A DNA stretch of 64,000 nucleotides from Raillietiella orientalis. Taxonomy: Eukaryota. Under the pieces are notes generated by a model. That model was not told the origin of the DNA. It was given only the letters and a program-made list of their open reading frames with translations, and ran no database searches. Within the stretch, counting starts at the first letter, position 1, and each line of letters begins with the position of its first letter. The stretch spans positions 1,426,001 through 1,490,000 of the forward strand of contig JAYWIR010000015.1 of the NCBI GenBank assembly GCA_036172245.1, written 5' to 3'. Positions 52,668 to 64,000 of this stretch are shown here, piece by piece. The position numbers and the translations under genes were made by a program.

Positions 52668-53480
52668 GTGTCTTGTCCCACTACCTTTATTAACAGTCCT
52701 GCGCTCCAAGACCTTTAGGAACACGGGAACTCGGATTAGCCTCCGAAGCACACATAATGCTACTAAACCGGCCTTGCTTCCTCTCCTTTTTCGCCGATGC
52801 CGTGCAGCATCCTGCGGACTGTGTATTTTTATTCGTGGCGGTCCAGCAGCTCGGAAGCGTCAGCAGCATCTGGACGGATTAAGCCACTTTGGTGGAAGAA
52901 GGAAAGAACGTTACAGGTGGCCAGTGTCTTGGAGTGCATTCGAATTTTCCCGGGTTTGTCCTTCATCGCAAGCAGCCGTTGCAAGCCAGCCGCTTTTTTC
53001 GTTCAACACACACAAAGTTCAAAGGTCAATGTGTTTCCTCATTTTGTTTTGTTTCTCTTCTACCCTTTGCGTCCAGGAAAACCTTTTTTTTTTTTCGCGG
53101 CATTTAATTTATTTGGAGGGGGGGGAGGGGGCATGCACTGCCCTCATCAAGTGCAACGAGTGTTTCCCATGTATGTATTCCGCAAAGAGTAATCTTGTGT
53201 AGCGTCATAGGAGGTTCGATAGAAGATGGACATGCATGTGTGCTCAGCTCTTAAGAAAGGTGAAGGGTTTTTGGTCCTGGTTGGCGATCCATCGTGTTCG
53301 TTTCTGGCGCACCTTCGTGTCATCATCACTAACAAACCATCGCTCAGAGTGTTTTCAGGTTAAGGACTTGCTTACCTTCTCCTTGCTTGGATTTTCGAAT
53401 TTTCTGAATGCTTTTTTTATTCCTAGTGGTACAGGATACAGTGTCCTCCGTCTGCCGCCCTGCGTGCCACTTTTGTGCAG

Positions 53481-53614
53481 CTGCACATGGATCTTGAAAC
53501 TCGGAGTTTCCTGGAGGAATGTGCGGAAAAATCCAATCGCCTGCTGACTCAGATCTGGCATGCCATGGCCAAATCATTTCTGGGCGCATTTATGAACCAG
53601 ACGTCAGTGAATGG
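53481..53614 (+). CDS. Weak candidate internal exon (LHMDLETRSFLEECAEKSNRLLTQIWHAMAKSFLGAFMNQTSVN); gene unknown
   Basis: TTTTGTGCAG| acceptor, open frame, G|GTGAGC donor at 53615, and an amphipathic-looking peptide. No homology recognised, and a competing minus-strand reading exists. Confidence 0.18.
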
Positions 53615-55817
53615 GTGAGCTTCCTCTTCGCCAGCTGAAGTTCCGCAGCTGACCGTTACAACACGAGAGCTCGGACAGGAAGGGAGTCGTTAGAGGATCG
53701 CAAGTGAAGGCCGGGTGCTACGCGTCTTCTGCACTGCAGCGTGGCTGCTGAAATGTGAGCTCTTCGGAAAGTGCGCCAGCAGGAAACCCCCGACTCGTGC
53801 AGGAACCCCAGGGGAGCGCGATGCCGCACGGGGAACGCACGCTCCTCTGCATTGCTGGCGATAAGCTGGCGTACGTGTGACTCTTCAACTTCTGGTGGGA
53901 GCACTACCTGCTGCTGCCTCCTGGGCTTCCCGGTAGCGTTTCCCACCAGGCCCGAAAGGAAACACGAGAAAGAACCACCGTGAAGCCGAGCTTCCTTTCC
54001 GTGCCGTACGTGTGATCAAGCGGCCGGTTTCGATCGTGTACGGCGACCGTGCCCATCTCGTAGCGAAGCGTTCCCCCAACACTCTTCGCGTGCACCGGTA
54101 AAAAGTGTGTGTATTTATCAGAAGCACGGGCCGCGTCCATCGGTTTCGCATGCTGCGGTGTGATTTGAAGTTTGTCAAGGCGACCTCGTTGCCACGGCAA
54201 ACTTCGCGGACCCCATGATGAGCGTATCGTTTCACGAGGGTGTTTTTTTGATGTGTGTGTGCAACATGAGCGTTCTGTCGTTTTGACCTCAACCCGTTCG
54301 TGCCGGCTGCAAAAAGTGTATTGTGTCACTATCGAAAAAATTAAATTTCGTGTTTCCGTGTTTATTCGTTCCTCAAATAGAGCTGTATCCGGTTGTTTTC
54401 GTTTCGGTGTGCAGTCAAACACCGGGCATTAAGAGAAATATTTAGGTACTTCTTGACTGATTGGGTTGCGTGCACTCGGGAATTGATTCCGCCAGCGGTG
54501 ATCATTCCTGTTTAATCCGGTTGCGAATAAAAATTCCCTTCCAGGTTGAGTTTCCTTCCCCTGTGACGAGCCGTGGTGTCCTTGATCCTCCGTCGTCATC
54601 GCTGCAACAGGAGCAGGAATATTTTATTTTTAATGTCGAAGTTATTAGTAGTAATCGGTCGCATCGATCTAACTTCACCGCTTTAACTGCTGAGATTTGC
54701 ATCACCGCTTCCCTGCCAAATTAAAAAGGCGCTGTACTCTTTCGCTTTCTTTCTTTTTCTTCCTCGCTCCCTTTTCTGGTAATTAACGTATTCATGTGTT
54801 TCCTGTTCAAAGAACAAACGCTACTGGAATGGATTATCTTAATAACTCCTGCACAATTGTTTTCGGATTATAGCGGATTTTCATCCGAGTTCTCCGGAAT
54901 CTCCGTGTATCAATGGTTGCCACATTTGCATTTTCCTGTGCCGTACGATCCTATCCCGCTTTTGTGTCGGCAGTCTATTGGAATGGATGTGTGTTTCTCA
55001 GGCTGGGGTTGGCTGATCTTTCTGAGCGTTAATTTTTATCGGGAATTACGAACTCCAGGATTTCAGGGAGGGGTGCGAGGTCTCGCTGCAAGAGGTCTCT
55101 CTCCTGCTGTCCACGCGTCTCTTTGCTTCCCGTGAAAATCCCCGCGTGTCTCCCAGCCAGTGCTTTGCGAGAGACCCGTGTCGCACTGACGGGGCGGGGA
55201 AGCCCTTCTTTAAGGAGGAGACCGGTGGCGTACCTGGCAAACGCTTTTTTTTTTTTCTTTTACACTTGGATTACCGTGGGCGCCTTTCGAGACCAAACTT
55301 CCATATATCGCCGAGGCACGCTCCCATTCCTCCGTCTTTACCTATGCGTTCCCTCTCTCTTTTTTCATCTTCGTGTCATTGTTGTGGCCCGCGTCGGATC
55401 CCGTGTGGCTTCGGTGGTCTCCGCGCGTCGCGGGTTCGAATACCCCGAACTGAATCGACGCAGTGCGTGGTGGGTCCCGAGTTCACCCCGCAAGATGACG
55501 CTGGTTGGCCTACATTCATCCGGGTGCGGCACTGGTAGCGGTTGAAGCCGGATGTCCCTTGTGAGGGCCGGGACAAATGGGAGTCGACCTCCGGGTCCTT
55601 CCAGGAATCACGGAGTGGGAGCTCCCCTCCGGTTGTGAAGGAGCGGACCCCCCATTCCGGAGGGGACCCCTCCGCGTCGTACTCATGGAGTAGGTGTATC
55701 GCCACCACCTCTCCAGAGAGTGCAGAGAAGCGAGCCGATCCCTTCGGGGAAGCAGCGACCTCCTGAATTTCGGAAGCGTTTCTTCTGGGTTCTCTGCAGA
55801 GGAGTAAAAATGGCAGC

Positions 55818-56015
55818 GGATCCCTTGCGGGGGATCCCTCCGGAGAAGAAATTCCAGGATCGGATCCTTTCCGGGTTCCCTTCAGATAAGGAAGAATGGA
55901 GCGGACCCCCTCGGGGGTCCTCCGGAGAGAATAAGGAAGGAGGATTCTCTTCTGGATTCCCCTTCGGAGACAACCAGGGTGGAGGTGATTCCATTTCCGG
56001 GGATCCCTCCCCAGG
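55818..56015. repeat. Degenerate tandem repeat of about 39-44 bp (5 units) with internal hairpins
   Basis: Units start near 55818, 55862, 55903, 55942 and 55986. Each has a GGAYYC...GG(A/G/T)TCC-like core, usually followed by a purine-rich tail. Confidence 0.6.
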
Positions 56016-56420
56016 CGGGTGGCGTAGAACCATGTCGAAGAACTGCGAAGACGGAAAAGAAAGGATTTCTAGCATCAGCAAAAGGAGCTTCGCATCCAAA
56101 TACTGTTTCATCATTTTCCTTCATCGGATGGCCGGACCGTGTGCTTGTTCCTGGCGCCATCTTTTGCTGATTGCACGTGGCGAAACGGGATCTTTGATGA
56201 ACTTCCCGTGGTAGGGCGGCAGTTTCGTTGGGACGGAGAGCCAGGACCCGGGATTTGCCGATCAGGCGTCTTCAGGAAGATCGGATGTTCTTCCGGTTAC
56301 ACGTGGGTTTTGAGCGTTGCATCACAAGTGTTGCGTGCGTGAATCTCTACACAGTGTACACGTTGGCCGCGGCACGTATTTAACGCACGCAGGAAGAGGG
56401 AGTCGTGTTTGTCCCCCCTC

Positions 56421-56423
<3 letters not shown>

Positions 56424-56454
<31 letters not shown>
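56424..56454. repeat. (AC)15
   Basis: Seen directly. Confidence 0.95.
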
Positions 56455-56458
<4 letters not shown>

Positions 56459-58673
56459 CGCCATGCAATTCCTGGTGGCGTTCAGGGATTTCTTCCGTCA
56501 CCTTTCACCAGGACACCGAACCTTCCTGATGGAATCGGCGGCGCTTCCCAGTTTCCTGCCTGAACTTCGGATTTGGTAAAAGTGCAGGGAACGTGGTCGT
56601 TACCCGAAGCGTCGCATTTTCCAGCTCCGGCACGACAGCGCTTCCAGGATTCCTTGTAATTCCACTGGCACATGATTTCCCCGAAGCGGCGTGCGCTTGC
56701 GTTTGTCATTAGTGACACGGCATACCAAATTCAGCGAACTCGTTCTGGTTCGTATGCCGTGTGAACTCTTTATCACCGTGGCATCATGCGAGCCTTCCAT
56801 TCGTTTTTACATTTCTGATCCGATGTGCTGTAAGATATGTATGTGAATTACCGATGCGAACGCGCCCGATCATCTCGGTAGGTACTTTGCATCCGACATC
56901 AGCCCGAGTTCGATAAGACACACTGGGCGCGTTGGGTTTTCGGGTTTTGGTTCCTTGAACGTCGTCTATCGTTTCCCTCTCTCTCCCTCCATTTCCATAA
57001 TCTTTTTTTTTTTTTCTTCGGATATCGGTTAACGGAAATTGGCATCCGTGTCAAAACCTCTTGTTAACACTATTGGTAACAACAGTGTTACCGTTTCTTT
57101 TTTCTTTTTTTTTAAAAAAATGGTGATTCACGATTCACGTCCTTTTTTAGCCGCTCACAATCTGAAGGCGCCATCACCGTTCTGGTAAACATGTTCTTCC
57201 AAAATAGTGGTTCGGGAGAAGCCCGGCAAATAGATTTGCTGTTGTATTTGTTGTCGTTTCGTACGAGTTGGTCCCATTTGTCAGCATCGGAATTTGATTT
57301 GACGCGTCATTTAAGCCCAATTCGATTACAGGCGGAAGCGTTGTCATGCCATCGGACAGCACCGTACTTATTCATTTACTCCCTATTTATTTGAGACACG
57401 TCATTTATAATGTCACGATTTTTGAGTTTTGAAACACAACTTTGCTACTTTCTGTAATTGATTTTGATCAAACAGTGGCCTCCTGCGGGATGCGTCGGAC
57501 GGCGAGCGGTTCCGCTGATGGTTGCGCACAGCGCGAAGAAGACGTCTTCCTCGTGGTTTCGCGCATTCCCATCGAAAGTTCTCCCTTCCATGAAGTGCAT
57601 GATGACGTAATCACTCCTTCTTCTCCCCATCCCCCCCCCCTCGCCCTTTTTTTCCTTTTTTTGATCTCTAGCGAGCGTGCTAAATCAGAGTGCTGCATGT
57701 GGGCACACACACCAGCACCGGGTATTCCTCAAGGTGTGCGTTTCGAGTTGCTGATGTAATCGTCTCGGAAACTTGGAGTTGTGTCGCCGCCCCCGGGTGC
57801 GAACGCGCTGATTTTCCCATTTCACTTTCGTTCTCGTTGAATATCAGCGATGCCCTCGGTATTTCCGAAGGAACCACCGTCATGTACGGAGTCTCTCTCC
57901 TCCAGGCCGTCGCTCTTCTGAGGTGGGTGCTTCCTCTTGCCGAAGAACGCTCTCCGGACGGAAGAACTGACGTGTCCTTTTGCTCCCGCTTAGGGCCAGG
58001 GGCTGCCGTCCCCCGGCCGGCGGTGACTGTTTCAATTTCGGGATATTCCTTTAATTTTTGACGGGGAAAAAAGAGGAAGAAAACACATATATCCAAAGGG
58101 GTTGATGAATTCGTGTACCCTTGAATAGTGAAGGAGGAGGAAGGAAACTTGTTTGCATATCTATTACTCGACATTTGGATTCACGGCCATCCTCTTTACC
58201 CTCACCACACGCTCGGTCTAATTTGCAATTACTTTGCTATGCTCCGTATGTTCAACAAAAGAGCACGTGTGGCAGAGCAAGCTGAAGAATTTTCTGCCCT
58301 GTTTGATATGCAGATTTTGTACGCAATAACCATCATGACGTAATCGAACAGAATGTGCGCTGTGACAGGAGGAAATTGTCTCTTTCCGAAGACATGCAAA
58401 AGGCGAGCACGAATACCTGCCCGCTTCACCTTACGAACAGAGCGACTTTTAAATTGATAGTATCTTTTAACACGAAAGGAACGCCATCTCAGGTCAAGGA
58501 GCGAGCGTTTTTCCGTCTCTCCTCCAAGCAGTGGACGGAAATTATTGGAGTGCACTCTTTGACTTGAATGGGGAATGACTGGCAACCTTGAACGTTTCCG
58601 AAACCATCATCATCGATTTCCTTTAGGGACCGACAGCTCAGCGGACGCAAGGAGGCTGCTGCTTCTTTGCTTT

Positions 58674-58696
58674 TGCTTATTGGGAAGGCGCCTTTG
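58674..58696 (+). repeat. Copy 1 of exact 23-bp dispersed repeat TGCTTATTGGGAAGGCGCCTTTG
   Basis: Identical to 60201-60223. Confidence 0.9.
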
Positions 58697-60200
58697 TTGC
58701 TGAAGGGTTTGTCCGTGCGCTCGCGGGTGTCCGGAGCTGTCTCGTGCACCGCGACCCGCGATGGTGTAAGACACGGGCAGGCTGCTGCACGGCGCCCTCG
58801 GCGGCTTCTCCTGCTTGTGCGTCGCCCGGCTGACTGAATCCTCGTGTGCTCCGGAAGGCCAGGGACGACCCTCCCCTGTTCCCCTGCCCGTTTCCGGTTC
58901 CCCACGTCGTGAAACGACGGGAAACCCGTTTTCGAGCGTGATTCCTGGAATCGCTCTTCGTTCAGCAATTTCATTCGGGTTAGAACGCGCGCGAGGTAGC
59001 CGCCGCCCAGCAGGTGCGAAACTTTTCGGGAGTTTCCTCCCCCCCCCCCCCCTTTTCGCCCGTTTCCTCGAGAACCCTGGAATTGTTCTCGCGTCCAGCG
59101 GCCGAGCACCGGATCCCGTTCGTTTTCCACTTATCGGATGCTCTCGTCCCGGTCGGACCACTTTCGAACTAGGTTTCCAGGAAAGATGGTCAGTGCGTTT
59201 GAGGTCGGCCTTGGACAAGAGAGCGAGGGAGCTCGCCTCAGAGAAATCCCTGAGGAATTCCCTGATCAATTGCGTGGGTGTTGGGAAGGTTTCTCTGTGC
59301 AGAAAATTCCGGAGCGACACGGTAAAAATGATGATAATAATAATAATGAGGAGGAGGAGGAGGAAGAGGACAGTCTGTGGACCTGCGCGTCGCCCGCACC
59401 CGAAAATGCCTTGGATCAGAAGCTCGTTAATCCAATCGTGGCAGGAAGACCTTAAAGAGGAAACTCTCTGTCTTTCGCAGTGCTGGCCGAAAAGCGTCCA
59501 GACTGTTCGTCTCGGCATCGAAAAAAGGGGTCGGGGTCAGGGGTGCTCCGGAAACGAGGGCTTCCAGAAGCTCTGGGTGTGGTTCGAGGCTCTTCCCTCC
59601 GCCGACGGGTGCGTGCACTCCGTGACGTGGTCTTCCCGTGATCGCGGCGCCCACTCCTTTCGGTACCTCCCGCGTTGCGTGGGTGCTTGGCCCTTCTTGC
59701 TTGCTGCACATCTCCTTCCTTTCTGCCTTGGCTCGTCGACATTGCAACACCTTGCATGGAACTGCCGTGATAGGGGGATGCGGGCGGGCGGAGTGAGCTC
59801 GTGGCTGCTCACGTGCCCACTGGACATGAGACTCGTAGCACTTTTCGCTCCCACAGTTCCCTGTGCGTGCGTACGTGCACTTTTTTTTTTTTTTTTTTCT
59901 TCTCTCCCTCTCTCTAATCTCCATCGCTTCGAGTGAGGATGATTCCAGTTTCAGACCCTGCGGGCTTTTCCTGAATCTCCAACAAGGGCGGAACGAAAGG
60001 AGTTTTTCCGGGAGTCGCGCACGCGCACAACGACGGTCAATCCGGAAGGGATTACCTTCCACCATTTCCTCGGAAGCCCACACATCGCCCTCGACAGATA
60101 CATCCCTCATCGTGCTGCATCGTACGGTGGTACACATCTTTGGTCTCGCCATCGGGAAGCTTGTTGCCTCGCGTGTCTTCGTTGTCTCCGAAAGCAGTGG

Positions 60201-60223
60201 TGCTTATTGGGAAGGCGCCTTTG
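60201..60223 (+). repeat. Copy 2 of exact 23-bp dispersed repeat TGCTTATTGGGAAGGCGCCTTTG
   Basis: Identical to 58674-58696. Confidence 0.9.
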
Positions 60224-61940
60224 GGCAGTGGTTAAGCCGCCACCGTCCTCCGCATCCTGCCCAAGCTTTCGTGTGCCTCTTTCGTGCGCTCTGCGTGATG
60301 GACGATTCTTTGGGTTTCCGGTAAAACACTGTTCGCCGTTCGAGAGTGTGCGCGCATTTCGGGTTTCCACTTCTCTGGGTGTTTCATGCTTCTTCCTCTT
60401 TTGAATGACGCCTGAGGGCACGTTCGAAGTTCCAGGGCGGATTTCCCAACTCGAGCGGGCTGTCAATCTTCGTGGTGGAAGTTGGTCTTTAGGGTCGCTA
60501 CCCCTTTGTGAGCTTTTCTGCGCTGCTGTTCGTATCGAGAACTCCTCCTCCCCAGAATTACCTCGCTTTCCTGGCGTGAACTTGCGGTTTGGCGGTCCAT
60601 GAAGGTTGGGTGCGTCCTGTGGCTGCAGTGATCGGTTGATTTTTTATGGCTTTTTACGTATTTGATCCATTTTTCGATTACTCATCCATCTGCTCATGTG
60701 TGTAACGTGCTTTGTCCGTTTAATCTTTGGTCCGTTCTTATACAATCTGATTTGGAGGGGTATAAAAAAAAAGGGGGGGGGGGAATTCTGTACAAACACG
60801 GTGAATACAATGTCGGGGTTTGCTGACACGCTTATAATTATAAGGTGCCAATCACCAAAAGTTGTGTGTTTAAGCAGTGACTCCTCTTGTTGGCTTTGAT
60901 TTAAAAACATCACACTTTTTTTGTGTGTGTGTGTGTGTTTTTTACTTTTGAATGCGTTTGGAATAGGAATGTGGATGGGAGTAAACTTAAGAGTGGATCA
61001 TTCAGTGAACTTGTGTCATGCGCACATTCGGTGTAGACACAGTCCACGCGAGTGGATGTGCGGGTGGCACACATTTAATGAAGAACACCGTGGAGGATTA
61101 GGCAAAAATTCGAATTTCAATGTAGAGAGATGGAGAGAATGCCCTGCGGGGCCAAGAGTCCAGCTCCTGCGACGGCGACGGCGTCGGGCGTGAGCTGGTC
61201 GAGGCACGTGAAGATTCGGTTGTGTGTTTGTGTGCGTGTGGTGTCCGCGCAAGCAGCAGTCCCCTTTGGAGAGGGGGGTCGCTGCTCCGTGGACTCGTAG
61301 ATAATCTGTCTTCGAGATCTGGCTCCCATCCATCCATCCCGCAGAAGCAGGACCATCGCGCAAAGAACTCGCCGTCGACGAGCGTACGCGGAGCAATAAA
61401 TCCTTTTCAACCGTTTTTTCCCCGTTCTCATTCCTTCATTTTCGAGACTGAAGTGATGATCACGGTGTGCATGTAATTAGGAGGGACCTTGGGCAGCTGC
61501 AGACGTAGACGTCTGCGTGTCCCCATCTGTTCGGCGCAGCGAGAACTATCTCGCACGCAGGGGGGAAGCTCCTTCCTCGTTCCCGTGTTTGGGCGAAGTG
61601 TTCTGGAGCGACTACGCGGGACCTCAGCGCCCGTCTCGAAAGGGTTCTTCACCTCCGTGTTGGGTTTCCCTTTGCTCGTAGGTCCGAGGGAAGATGGGGG
61701 GCGCGCGCGAAGACCTCCGCCATGTTGGTTTGCGAATGTTCGTGGTTTTTTTACAAAGTTGACATTCACACGCTTTCGAATCGATTGACCATTTTCTGTT
61801 TGCTGCCCCCTGCGGGTTTCGACGAAGGGTTTAATTTGGGAGTAGGAGTGTTTCTATTTGCGATGTAAATAGTTCCAGCCCGCTTGATTTAATGCGATCA
61901 CCAAGCAGGAATCCCTCCAAAAGGCAAAAAAAGAGAAAAA

Positions 61941-61960
61941 GAGAGAGAGAGAGAGAGAGA
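61941..61960. repeat. (GA)10
   Basis: Seen directly. Confidence 0.92.
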
Positions 61961-62920
61961 GGGATGGAGGGAGAGAAAAAACCTTTTTCCTAAGAATAGA
62001 ACAGACCAATAAACAAAAACCCGAATTCGTCGAGGCAATTATCATTAATCGTGGGAATAAAAGTTATTCCGCACCTTCTTTTCCTGTCTTCTCCAGCCTT
62101 CCGAATCCATCCGAAAAAACGGATGCGGTTTCAACTGGAAACATCCACGTGAAACATCCATCGTGGGCACAGTGCGTGGGGGATTCGTCGGAACTTCCCT
62201 GTGCGGATGTTTTCTCTAAGGATGCGCGGCATAATGAAGCGAAAACGGGAATGCAGGAGGAAATTGTTATCTGTTGGTAAAATCGAGCATACTTGCGCCC
62301 AGCATCATCATCAATAAAAAGTATCGGGGGACGCATTCGTGTACAAGAAGAGTCTTCATGTTTTACGCATCTCCGTTTGGGTGCCTTTCTCACATCCTTC
62401 CGTAAGGAATCGTCCTGAAATGTTGGGGACCCGAGCAGGTAATGAGGTCGTTAGGAATCTGCGAGGCATTCTTCTGTTCCATCCGTATCGCCTCCCTTCC
62501 GTAGAAGGATGGACCCCGGCAAATGGATTGCCGTGCATCGGTTCCTCAGCGTGCTTTCTTCGGTCGGGCGTGCTCCGCGACCCCGTCATCGAAAAATCGT
62601 CCGTTTCGGCCCGTCTCCCATATTTCACGTCCTTCCGGAAGATGGCGCTCGTCCTCCGACGAAATTTGTCTGCGCGTTAGCGCGGCGGCGGCGGCGGGGA
62701 TGATATGGTACTTCCCACGTTGCAGAGGGAAGCGGACGGTCCTGCTCCCCATCCGGGTCCGAACCGGCTGAGCGAACTTCCCCCTCCTTGCAGATTTGCA
62801 TTTTAGCAACGTAAGGACCCCTCTCCTCCCGGCTGCCATCCGTGCGCGCGCGCAGACATGCGCCACGGGAACGCATGCTGAGTTTTCGATTTCTAAGAAG
62901 TGCCGACTAATCCTTCCGTC

Positions 62921-62966
62921 TTTTTGTTTTTTTTTCTTTTTCTTTTTTTCTTTTCTTTTCTTTTCT

Positions 62967-63010
<44 letters not shown>
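62921..63010. repeat. T-rich/(TTTTC)n tract followed by (TG)20
   Basis: (TG)20 at 62971-63010. Confidence 0.95.
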
Positions 63011-63017
<7 letters not shown>

Positions 63018-63797
63018 TTTCCCTCTCTTCTTCTTCCCCCTCCCCCCACCTTTCGCTGTTGGGATCATTTATGAAAATACTCTCTGCAGCTGAACTTTTC
63101 CTCTCGCTTCATAATGATACATTCGCCAAAAATTCTTACGGCACCGTGCGATGGATGTTAATCACACATCGCAAGTGGAAGGTCTTCATCACATACTTGA
63201 AAACGCTGTCGTTTCCTCGGCACCGGTGGCCGTTTTACGGGCGGCGCGCGCGATGGGGAGGACGTGGAGTGGAGTGGAGTGGGGGGGGGGGACGGGAGAA
63301 GAAGGAGATCCCGGCCGCCGCCGCCGTCTTGCCTCCGCGTTGTTTGCCGCGGCGGTTCCCGGTTTTTTTTTTTTTTTGTTCGCGGGCTCTGTTCGACGCC
63401 TCCGGCGACCGGGAATTCCGATCTTTCCGCCGCGCTCGGATGTCTTCCTTCCTTCCTTCCTTTCGCGGATCGACCTTTCGGTTCCCTCCTCCGCCACCCG
63501 CTTCGCAGCAGGTACCTGCCTGCCCGAGGCAACGAACGGTCTCGAGGAATTGCCACGGGACGCAGGTGTTTTCTTCGCCTTGCGGTGGAGTGGCGACGGT
63601 GTTCGGCGAGTCGGTCGCCCGACGTCGTCGGACGTCACGTGAGGCGGCGGACGCGCTGCCGAATCGCCGAGGTCAATTCCTTGCAAGGGGGTGAAAACCT
63701 GGCCAGAAAAAAAGGTCACTAAAATTATGGAGACGAAAAAGAAAAGGAAAAAAAAGAATGCGTGAATTTATTAATTGTGTTTGGTGCCGGATCACTC

Positions 63798-63821
63798 GTG
63801 TGTGTGTGTGTGTGTGTGTGT
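63798..63821. repeat. (GT)12
   Basis: Seen directly. Confidence 0.95.
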
Positions 63822-64000
63822 TCTTTTCTCGGGGTTCGTTCGTGCCTACGAGGCACGAATCTCCATTTTTTTTTTCTTTTTCTTTCTTTTCCTCTGACAC
63901 GTACAAATACACGATCCATAGGCATTCCCGTTCGACCACGTGCAGCACAACTTATGTAACGAAATCTACCACCGTCCCTCTTATCGAAAGAATGTTTATC

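Noticed and set aside
55398..55447. tRNA/SINE-like A box (TGGCTTCGGTGG) and B box (GGTTCGAATAC)
   Set aside because: Both boxes have mismatches, they are only about 16 nt apart, and no cloverleaf or acceptor stem forms.
9736..62720. Scattered Su(H)/CSL-type YGTGRGAA matches (e.g. 9736, 11865)
   Set aside because: They are dispersed with no paired arrangement seen, and the excess over chance is too small to support by eye.

Overview
This looks like eukaryotic, mostly non-coding DNA. My inference is an invertebrate animal: CpG is abundant rather than depleted, microsatellites and homopolymers are frequent, and animal-type transcription-factor motifs cluster in short islands. None of the supplied ORFs resembles a protein family I recognise. 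The long ORFs in 1-22 kb overlap in all six frames and are what GC-rich, low-complexity DNA produces by chance. I found no rRNA, complete tRNA, CRISPR array, operon or intact transposon. The window has two compositional domains: a very GC-rich block (about 1-22,450; one hand-counted line is 44/60 GC) punctuated by short AT-rich islands full of TF-like motifs, and a roughly 45-50% GC block beyond it that starts with an AT-rich trough at about 23.1-24.8 kb. The strongest non-random signal is a regularly spaced cluster of RFX X-box-like sites plus Sox sites at about 5,450-5,910, apparently built by tandem duplication. Other signals are a candidate polyQ exon with splice sites (24,865-25,006), three clustered simple-sequence hairpins, a degenerate hairpin minisatellite, an exact 23-bp dispersed repeat and many non-B-DNA-prone tracts. 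All functional readings are hypotheses from motif inspection by eye; no database search was possible.
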